In this document: in pieces, positions 56,903 through 64,000 of the stretch
How the letters are laid out: each line of letters opens with the position of its first letter
Position numbering within the stretch: position 1 is the first letter of the stretch
Virus record (IMG/VR): IMGVR_UViG_3300025383_000009
DNA from: a virus
Taxonomy: Duplodnaviria > Caudoviricetes
Length of the DNA stretch: 64,000 nucleotides
Strand: one strand, 5' to 3'
Made by a program: the position numbers and the translations under genes
The notes under the pieces: generated by a model
What the model was told of the DNA's origin: nothing
The model's database searches: none
The model's input: only the letters and a program-made list of their open reading frames with translations

Positions 56903-57124
56903 ATGCCGACAAAAGATGAGATAAAAGAATTTAGTTTTATGATTGAGAAGTTTGCATCAGAAAAAAATCTAACAGTTATGGATGCTATCTGTCATTACTG
57001 TAAAGAAAATCAATTAGAAGTTGAAATGGCTGCAACACTCATTTCACCACCACTCAAAGCAAAAATTAAAGCAGAAGCAGAAGATTTAAACTTATTAAAG
57101 AAAACCGCTAGATTACCAATATGA
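56903..57124 (+). CDS. gp33: Late transcription co-activator gp33
   Basis: F...IE......MDAI.HYC.EN.LE.E....LIS..LK.KI..EA..LN.L; precedes gp59 and gp32. Confidence 0.85.
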   Translation: MPTKDEIKEFSFMIEKFASEKNLTVMDAICHYCKENQLEVEMAATLISPPLKAKIKAEAEDLNLLKKTARLPI

Positions 57125-57732
57125 ACGATGGCACCGGCTTTGCAGCCTATGCTCTATATAATGCATTGAAGTTGCACTTTACATCAAACTCCTATGATTA
57201 TTTTAAATATCATGGTAAGACTAGTGTTAGCAAAAATACATTCTCTACCAAAAAAGAAAGATTTTCTTTCTATAAGTTATCTAGAAAATACTCAATAGAA
57301 GAATTGAAAAACTTTTATGTTTCTAATTTTATAGTAGGTAAAGGTAATTGGGCTAGAGAACTGCTTACACCTGAAGCAGAAGACAATTATAAAAGATGGC
57401 AAAAGATTACTCAAAGCTTGACATATACCTTTGAGAATGATATAATGTTATTGTTGGATAAAGTAAAAACACCTAATGAACTTCTTTCTGTGTCATCTGG
57501 TGATTATCCAATGTTGCTTAAGGCAACAATGCAGGAAGACATTTCATTGGAAACTTTGGTTATATTAAATGATATTATGAAATTCTTTGTTATGTGGAAT
57601 GAAAAAATTGAAGATGATATAATATGGCCAAACTTCCGTATGAAGTGTGAGAAGTATTCACCGTTTCTATCTTATGATAAGAAAAAGTTTAAAACTATTC
57701 TGAAAGATAAGATTGGAAGTAGTGATAAATAG
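57121..57732 (+). CDS. gp59: Helicase loader gp59
   Basis: Y.ALKLHFT...YDYFKY.GK and ISLETLVIL. Confidence 0.9.
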   Translation: MNDGTGFAAYALYNALKLHFTSNSYDYFKYHGKTSVSKNTFSTKKERFSFYKLSRKYSIEELKNFYVSNFIVGKGNWARELLTPEAEDNYKRWQKITQSLTYTFENDIMLLLDKVKTPNELLSVSSGDYPMLLKATMQEDISLETLVILNDIMKFFVMWNEKIEDDIIWPNFRMKCEKYSPFLSYDKKKFKTILKDKIGSSDK

Positions 57733-57806
57733 AAGTATGGTTATGAGTAGTTTGTGGATAAGAAGTTATATTCCGTTAATATTCCGTTTATATGAAAGGT
57801 AATAAT

Positions 57807-58691
57807 ATGAGTTTTGCAAATCTAAAACGCCAATCAGGCAATCTTGATAAACTATCAAAAGCTATCGAGGCAATCAATACAAATACAGAAGGTGGTTCAG
57901 AAAAGCAAGATAATTTCTGGCGTCCTGAAGTAGATAAAGCAGGCAACGGCATGGCAACAATCCGTTTTCTACCTGCATCAGAAAAAGATGGTGAAGATGC
58001 TTTGCCTTGGGTAAAAGTATTCTCACACGGTTTCCAAGGACCAGGTGGTTGGTTCATTGATAACTGTCTTACAACAACAAATCAAAAATGTCCAGTTTGT
58101 GAACATAATTCATCACTATGGAACTCTGGCATTGAAGCAAATAAAGATGTGGTTCGTAAACAAAAGCGTAAGTTAAACTATATCGCTAATGTTTATATCG
58201 TATCTGATCCTAAACATCCAGAGAATGAAGGCCAAATTAAGTTATTCAGATTTGGTAAAAAAATCTTTGATAAGATTACAGAGGCTATGAATCCTGCCTT
58301 TGAAGATGAAACAGCAATTAATCCTTTTGATTTATGGAAAGGTGCTAACTTTAAACTCAAGATTCGTAAAGTAGATGGTTTCCAAAACTATGATAAATCA
58401 GAATTTGATTCAGCATCACCGTTATCAGATAATGATGAGAAGTTAGAAACAATCTGGAAATCAGAATATTCTTTACAAGATTTAGTAAAAGAATCTGAAT
58501 TCAAATCTTATGATGCATTGAAAACTAGGTTAGATAAGGTGTTAGGTCTTAATGGTGAAACAGTTGCAGTTAAAACAACCGTTGAACAAATTAAAGAACA
58601 AGTTAAATCTACACCAGCACCATCTATTGAACCAGATATTTCAGATGATGATGATATGAAGTATTTTGAGAACTTAGCAATGGAAGATTAA
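57807..58691 (+). CDS. gp32: Single-stranded DNA-binding protein gp32
   Basis: IRFLP, HGFQG.GGW.I.NC.TT...CPVCE, NPFDLW.GANFKLKI and acidic tail. Confidence 0.95.
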   Translation: MSFANLKRQSGNLDKLSKAIEAINTNTEGGSEKQDNFWRPEVDKAGNGMATIRFLPASEKDGEDALPWVKVFSHGFQGPGGWFIDNCLTTTNQKCPVCEHNSSLWNSGIEANKDVVRKQKRKLNYIANVYIVSDPKHPENEGQIKLFRFGKKIFDKITEAMNPAFEDETAINPFDLWKGANFKLKIRKVDGFQNYDKSEFDSASPLSDNDEKLETIWKSEYSLQDLVKESEFKSYDALKTRLDKVLGLNGETVAVKTTVEQIKEQVKSTPAPSIEPDISDDDDMKYFENLAMED

Positions 58692-58720
58692 AACATTCCC
58701 TTAAAGAAGGAAAGTTTTAG

Positions 58721-58746
58721 AAGGAGGCTTCGGCCTCCTTTTTTTT
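58721..58746. terminator. Intrinsic terminator with C(UUCG)G tetraloop at the convergence point
   Basis: AAGGAGG-CTTCGG-CCTCCTT then T run. Confidence 0.9.
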
Positions 58747-60430
58747 ATACTGCTCGAGTGTTCATTCGTAACACTCTCATAAACGCTGAGTCATCATTAC
58801 GCACTGAAAAATTACCAGTCATAACATCTGGAGGATCAATATCCATTCCTTTTGAAGATGTATTATTAATAATAGTAGGTGTTGAAGAACCTGATGATTG
58901 TAATTGAGCATCATTATTTTCTTTTGTTGCAGCCGTCATTTTAGAACCTAAAGAACTTGGCGATGCAGTTGGTGTAGCCGTTGGTGCCGATGTAGGTGAA
59001 GCAGTTGCACTTGCGCCAGCAGCACCAACAGAACCAACGGATCCCGCTGAACCTGGTGCTCCGGCGGCACCTGGTGAACCAGCGGCTCCTGCTGATCCTG
59101 GTGCACCACTTGAAGATGATCCAGCTGCTCCTGCGGAACCTGGAGCACCTGCAGAACTTGCTGAAGGTGAAGCACCTGGAGCTCCAGATGTACCAGAACT
59201 TCCGTCTGAACCTGCAGCTCCGGCCATACCAGAACTTCCGTTTGAGCCTGATGCACCATTTGCGCCTGAATTTGTTGGTGATGCTGATGGTGTTTCACCG
59301 CCTGATGCAGAAGATTGTTTTGTTGCTGTATCACCTGATGCTACTTCTTTTGGTATATCTTTTTTTACATCATCAGCTTTCTTGTCAGCACCTTTGAATT
59401 TATTCCATAACCATTTACCTAGTTTAAATAATGCAACTACGGCAATAACAGCAGCTATAACAGCAAGTATTGGTACAAATAATTCAGCAAGACCAGCTAA
59501 TAATGGTGCAATCATTGAAATAAATGCACCAATACCTTCAAATATCTCAAACATTTTACCTAAACCAGAGATAAGTTTTTCCATGAATCCTTGTTTTGCT
59601 TCTTTAACTTTATCTCCAATTTTTTCAGCTAAACCTTTACCATCACCTCTACTTTTAATTGCTTCAATTAATTCTTTGTGTCTTTTTTCTTGAGTATTTT
59701 TTCTTTCTTGTTCAAAGTCTTTCATTAACTCATCTTGAGTTTTTTTATCATCAAAATTCTTTTTAAGTAATTCATAAAGTTTTACAATAATAGTATCTGC
59801 TGAACCTTTCATAGTTTTGGTGTCAGACATATTTTCGGTAGTAGCATTACTTTTTCCTGCTGATGGAACTTTAGTAGCAGTAGGTTCAGATTCAGGTTCC
59901 TTACTTTTCTTTTTCTTTGCTTTCTCGTCTTCTAACTTATTTGGTATTTTTGTATCAGAAAAATATTCAATATCTTCTTTTTTTGCGCCCATTTTTTTGC
60001 CAACATACATTGCGCCTGCTTCACCAAACATACCTTTAGCAATATTCATTGGATTAAACTTCTCTCTCATACCAACCGCTTTTGCTTTTGTTTTTTCTGA
60101 TATGGTAGATTTTAATGATTTACCTAAAGATTGGCCTGATGCTAATTTTTCAGCAACCATTTTAGAGAAACCTTTTTTTCTAATTTCTCCTGCTTTAGCA
60201 AATTCAGATTCTTTTCCGGGTTTACCCTTTTCTTGTTTATAGACTTTTTCTGATGCTGGTTCGGTTTCTGTTTTATCAATTTTGCCTAATGAAGCGGCTT
60301 CTTTTTTAGAAGCAGCACGACCATAGTTGCCGTTTTTACCAAGCATAAACCAATAACCTTTACCCATAAAGGCTAAAGGATCCCAAACCCAAGTATGTCC
60401 ATCTAATTTTTTAGTTATAAGGTTATCCAT
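58745..60430 (-). CDS. Tape-measure/baseplate-hub-like protein with Gly/Ala/Ser-rich segment
   Basis: Lys-rich helices, hydrophobic TM-like stretch, GAPGSAGAAG repeats; N-domain shared with 60423. Confidence 0.6.
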   Translation of the reverse strand: MDNLITKKLDGHTWVWDPLAFMGKGYWFMLGKNGNYGRAASKKEAASLGKIDKTETEPASEKVYKQEKGKPGKESEFAKAGEIRKKGFSKMVAEKLASGQSLGKSLKSTISEKTKAKAVGMREKFNPMNIAKGMFGEAGAMYVGKKMGAKKEDIEYFSDTKIPNKLEDEKAKKKKSKEPESEPTATKVPSAGKSNATTENMSDTKTMKGSADTIIVKLYELLKKNFDDKKTQDELMKDFEQERKNTQEKRHKELIEAIKSRGDGKGLAEKIGDKVKEAKQGFMEKLISGLGKMFEIFEGIGAFISMIAPLLAGLAELFVPILAVIAAVIAVVALFKLGKWLWNKFKGADKKADDVKKDIPKEVASGDTATKQSSASGGETPSASPTNSGANGASGSNGSSGMAGAAGSDGSSGTSGAPGASPSASSAGAPGSAGAAGSSSSGAPGSAGAAGSPGAAGAPGSAGSVGSVGAAGASATASPTSAPTATPTASPSSLGSKMTAATKENNDAQLQSSGSSTPTIINNTSSKGMDIDPPDVMTGNFSVRNDDSAFMRVLRMNTRAV

Positions 60431-61997
60431 ATTGTGCCTGCGTTAATACTGAATTATCGTTTTTTTGTGGAACTACATTAGTTTTTGTTGTGGTGCTCTT
60501 TGCTACTGTTGTGTTATTATTATTTACAATAACTGTGTTTTGACCAGATGATGCTTGGTCAGCTTTCATATCTTTATTGGTGGATGAAGCACTTGCTAAT
60601 TGTGCGCCTGTATTTCTATTGCTTGGTGTTGCATCCGCTGACGATGAACCACCTTTATCTGATGATTGTAACATAGCAACAATATCAGGACCACGTTTAC
60701 CTACTTGTGTGTACCATTTACTCTTTTCTAATTCACCAGCTGCACCTTGAATGTCACCACCAGATAACTTTTTAGTGAATGTAGGCCATTTTTTATACCA
60801 AACTGGACCCATATTAAAAGTCAAATCAATCAATGCGCCTTGTCCTGGCCCCTTAACATTAGAATAACCTGGTATCTTTTCAGCAGCCTTTTTGTGATAC
60901 TCATAATCTTGGTCAAATAAGTCTTTAACTTCTTCTGCTGAAAATGTTTTATTCCATTCAGATGGTAGAGATTTACCGTCACCAATAAGATGACCAACAC
61001 CTACTGTCCATAATCCTAAACTATCTTTATAAGGTGCCATACGAACACCTTCATGTCGAACAATCATAGCTTTAACTGGATCACCACCTGCAATTGCTTT
61101 TTCTGCTTGAGATGGTGGTAAAGGTTTACCAGCTGGTGCACCAGATGGAGGTCTTGATGGAGGTCTACCTGCGCCAGGCGCTTTTGTAGGTGCAGGTGCA
61201 CCTTCTCTTGTTGATACTGTTGTTTTTTTCTTCTCCGCTTCTTTTGAATCCAAATCAGCAGAATCACTTTTCATTTTATCAGCATCACTTTTACTCTTAT
61301 CTATATCTTGGCTTGTTTTATCTACACTTTTTTTTGAATCAGTAAGTAGACCAACTATTCCACCAGTAACAAATCCTATAATTGCTTTTAATAATGTATT
61401 ACTTTCTTTTTTCTCTTTTTGTTTTTTCTTATCTTCTTTAGATGTAGGCCTTACACCTTTTCCACCTAAAGCTGAAACTAATTCTTCATGTCTTTTTTGT
61501 TCATCATTTTCTTGTTGTTTATGGAAATCTTTAGCTAATTCCATTTTCAACTTATCTTCTTCAATTTTAGTTTTAACTAAAGCATATATTAAACCTAAAT
61601 GTTTTTTGAATACATTTTCTTTTCTAGGCTTTGCTCTTGCTTTTAGTTTTTCGTGTTTGGTGTGTTCTTCAGGTGATAAAAAACTTTTTCCTTTCATAAT
61701 ACCTTTTGCCATATTTTCAGGAGAAAATTTCTTGGTAGTTTTTTCTACAGATTCTTTGGTTTCTTCTGATACTTCAGGTATAGGTGTATTATTTGAAATT
61801 GGTGAAGCTTTAATGATATCTTTTTTAGGAACTTCTGCTTTGGATTCAGGTTTAATCTTACCTAATTTTGTAGCATCTTTTTTAGAAGCAGCACGCCCAT
61901 ACTTTCCATTTTTGCCAAGAATGAACCAATATCCTTTACCCATAAAGGCTAAAGGATCCCAAACATAAACTTCTTCGCCTAGTTTTTTGGTTATCAT
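60423..61997 (-). CDS. Tape-measure/baseplate-hub-like protein with GH24 lysozyme domain
   Basis: HEG.R..PYKDSLG.WTVGVGH (E-x8-D-x5-T), LTFNMG and SKWYTQVGKR. Confidence 0.75.
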   Translation of the reverse strand: MITKKLGEEVYVWDPLAFMGKGYWFILGKNGKYGRAASKKDATKLGKIKPESKAEVPKKDIIKASPISNNTPIPEVSEETKESVEKTTKKFSPENMAKGIMKGKSFLSPEEHTKHEKLKARAKPRKENVFKKHLGLIYALVKTKIEEDKLKMELAKDFHKQQENDEQKRHEELVSALGGKGVRPTSKEDKKKQKEKKESNTLLKAIIGFVTGGIVGLLTDSKKSVDKTSQDIDKSKSDADKMKSDSADLDSKEAEKKKTTVSTREGAPAPTKAPGAGRPPSRPPSGAPAGKPLPPSQAEKAIAGGDPVKAMIVRHEGVRMAPYKDSLGLWTVGVGHLIGDGKSLPSEWNKTFSAEEVKDLFDQDYEYHKKAAEKIPGYSNVKGPGQGALIDLTFNMGPVWYKKWPTFTKKLSGGDIQGAAGELEKSKWYTQVGKRGPDIVAMLQSSDKGGSSSADATPSNRNTGAQLASASSTNKDMKADQASSGQNTVIVNNNNTTVAKSTTTKTNVVPQKNDNSVLTQAQYG

Positions 61998-62188
61998 TTG
62001 TTAGCAGCGTTTCGTTGTTTAATCTTTTCGTTTTCTTCTTCAATATGCTGTATTAACATGGTGACATAGATATCACGCTCCCAAGGCAGCATATTCTCTA
62101 GCTCTGCCAGGCTATATTTGTGATGCTGAATCAATGAAAAGTTAGTGCGGTAATAATTACTCAAGTTGTCATGACAAAAAACTAACCG
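61994..62188 (-). CDS. gp51: gp51-like small ORF, probably reached by -1 frameshift from the upstream gene
   Basis: NYYRTNFSLIQHHKYSL.ELENMLPWERDIYV; no ATG with RBS. Confidence 0.65.
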   Translation of the reverse strand, partial: RLVFCHDNLSNYYRTNFSLIQHHKYSLAELENMLPWERDIYVTMLIQHIEEENEKIKQRNAANK

Positions 62189-62907
62189 AAAAAACTTTCC
62201 AGACCCTCCACATCTATGCTGTGGCCAAAACCACACTTCTTACATTTCATAGCAACAGTTTGTTTCATCTTTGGCAAATTAGCAAAGAATTCTTCCAATT
62301 TACTAAACTGTTCAGTATTAAGTGATTCGATAAAATCAATCATCTCACCAGGATCTGTTTCTTTAGCGTAATAGAATTGTTCACCATCGTAAACATATTC
62401 AATAGAACTAGCAATCATATCAAATGCCATGTCAGCTGAATTTTCAAACTTTGATGCTCGTTTGATTGCTGAGAATTTTGGGTAGTTTAATTTGACAGAA
62501 ATTTTATCTGTTAATTGAATGACATCTTTTAAATCTTCTTTCATGTCTACTTTAACATCAAAGATATTTAATTTTACATCCATTAAATTACCACATTCTT
62601 TATCTTCTACAACATTATTACACTTATATTTGTTTTCTATAATTTCACCAACAGACCTTGCTCGTAATTGCAAGAAGTAGTATTCAATATCAATAATTGG
62701 TAATGAATCAATATCTATATTTTCTGATATGGTGCAATTTGTAAGAATTTGTTTTATGTTTTGTTCAATGGTTTCAGAATCAGATGATTCCATTGCCATC
62801 AATAAATTCTTTTGTTCTTTTACTAAAAATGGTCTAAAATTAATATGCTTTTTAGATAAAGGCAAATCAATTTGGTAGACCGGCACATCAATTTTTGGCA
62901 AAGCCAT
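62182..62907 (-). CDS. gp26: gp26-like baseplate hub/assembly chaperone
   Basis: MALPK, FRPFLVKE.K.LL.A, LRARSVGE, C...C...C..C; ends EGLESFFG. Confidence 0.85.
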   Translation of the reverse strand: MALPKIDVPVYQIDLPLSKKHINFRPFLVKEQKNLLMAMESSDSETIEQNIKQILTNCTISENIDIDSLPIIDIEYYFLQLRARSVGEIIENKYKCNNVVEDKECGNLMDVKLNIFDVKVDMKEDLKDVIQLTDKISVKLNYPKFSAIKRASKFENSADMAFDMIASSIEYVYDGEQFYYAKETDPGEMIDFIESLNTEQFSKLEEFFANLPKMKQTVAMKCKKCGFGHSIDVEGLESFFG

Positions 62908-62930
62908 AATATTATCTCCTAATTAATAAT

Positions 62931-63569
62931 CTATAACCCAAAATTAACACCATTAGGTGGTGGAGGTGGTGGGAAAGGCGCACCTTGTAGTTGTGAAGAT
63001 ATACCAAGAGCTGTATCTGTTGGTAATGATACACCTGCTTGTTGTGGGTATGTATTATAATATGTATATGCAAATACTACCGTTAATTTATGATGGCCAT
63101 CACTTGACCAATCTAAATCTAATTGATTAATTGCTATAGGATAAGCATCAATACATTCCACTTGGAATGACAATTGATCCGTCACATCATATTGATTGAT
63201 GTATATTGGTACAGCATAATCGACTTTATATTTAAAATTAAAGTTACTTGTAGGATTAATAAAATCCATCCAGGCATCAAAGAAAGCTTTTTCACTCATG
63301 TCATCTGAAACAATAAATGTTAATGTTAAATCATTATATGATGATTGGTTTGGAAACTTCTCAATAGGATTAGAACCAAACTTTTGGTCAATCGTATTAA
63401 TTGTTCTACCTGGAATTTCTGCCGTTTCACAACGAAATGAAAGTGCTCTAGGCATATTAGAATATTGTGATAGTAAAAACGGAGGTACATTGACCACAAC
63501 ATAGAACTTATTTGGCCTTGATACATCCGACGTGAAGGTAGATAGAAACTCGTTTAAGTTTGATGCCAT
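62931..63569 (-). CDS. Tail-tube-family protein (gp19/gp54-like)
   Basis: RPNKF.V, RCE.AE.PGR, LTLTF, A.P..I....LDW and LTV.F.Y; start at ATG 63569. Confidence 0.8.
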   Translation of the reverse strand: MASNLNEFLSTFTSDVSRPNKFYVVVNVPPFLLSQYSNMPRALSFRCETAEIPGRTINTIDQKFGSNPIEKFPNQSSYNDLTLTFIVSDDMSEKAFFDAWMDFINPTSNFNFKYKVDYAVPIYINQYDVTDQLSFQVECIDAYPIAINQLDLDWSSDGHHKLTVVFAYTYYNTYPQQAGVSLPTDTALGISSQLQGAPFPPPPPPNGVNFGL

Positions 63570-63570
63570 T

Positions 63571-63996
63571 TTATTGCTCCTTAATTTCTTTAACTGAATC
63601 TTCCCATACTTTTTCAGCTTTAGCTTTCTTGAACTGATGAATAGGTAAGAATGTTGCCACTTCCCACTCATGTGGTTCAACGGCAAGTATTTTAGACTTA
63701 ACATTACTCATCAAATATTGTTTAATACATGGCCTAAACTCTTTTAGGTGTTTCGTGGCGTTCAAAATATCGTAAGTGATACGAATCCTTGTAATTTCAT
63801 CTTTATCATTCATGGACGCAAAATCCAAAAGTTTACCTAAAAATGCCACTCTATATCTAATTGGCAAGTAATGTAGGTTCAACCCTAAAAATCCGTCATT
63901 GTATTTTTCTAATGCTAATACAAGTGGAAACTTATCATAATATGGTAAATCATCTTTACCTTTTGGGTCATAATAAAAGAAATATAAACGACCCAA
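63571..63996 (-). CDS. gp2: DNA end protector gp2 (5' part lies outside the window)
   Basis: YDPK.K..LPYYD.FPLV, GLNLHYLP and K.Y. Confidence 0.85.
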   Translation of the reverse strand: MGRLYFFYYDPKGKDDLPYYDKFPLVLALEKYNDGFLGLNLHYLPIRYRVAFLGKLLDFASMNDKDEITRIRITYDILNATKHLKEFRPCIKQYLMSNVKSKILAVEPHEWEVATFLPIHQFKKAKAEKVWEDSVKEIKEQ

Positions 63997-64000
63997 TTTA

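Noticed and set aside
58948-59397. Gln/His/Leu-rich alternative-frame ORFs (128 and 133 aa)
   Set aside because: Shadows of the G/A/S-rich repeat of ORF 58745-60430; no RBS
58-63526. Numerous antisense or overlapping ORFs in the track (e.g. 2685, 9739, 21177, 47951, 52276, 59817, 61606)
   Set aside because: They lie within well-supported genes, lack RBS or motifs and show typical shadow composition
1-64000. Stop-codon reassignment
   Set aside because: Core genes are full length in the standard code, and TAA, TAG and TGA all end genes at tight junctions

Overview
The window is an AT-rich segment of a large T4-like myovirus genome. The host is probably Gram-negative, judging from a spanin-like gene, LPS-core-like enzymes and an LpxH/PlcP-like gene. 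T4 core genes are recognisable: gp41 helicase, gp61 primase, nrdA/nrdB, RNase H, gp33, gp59, gp32, and on the minus strand gp2, a tail-tube-like gene, gp26/gp51-like genes and two tape-measure-like paralogues. Accessory blocks: (i) a glycosyl-/methyltransferase island at 4.5-12.2 kb; (ii) a late cluster at 12.2-21 kb of probable head-internal proteins, five with T4 capsid-targeting-like N-termini, including a KxDG ligase-like protein next to an NMNAT-like/P-loop kinase fusion and a modular polyprotein; (iii) a lysis cassette; (iv) a hypervariable early region at about 37.9-44 kb built of short gene cassettes headed by 14 near-identical sigma70-type promoters with 16-bp spacers, plus polarised TGAGGTA(AAG) repeats and several structured intergenic RNA candidates; (v) a MoxR/vWA pair and a PurD-like ATP-grasp enzyme. 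A U-UUU-UUC slippery site at the gp26/gp51 junction suggests a lambda G/GT-type -1 frameshift. No tRNA, CRISPR array, intron, intein or reverse transcriptase was seen. All family assignments come from motif recognition by eye; no database search was run.
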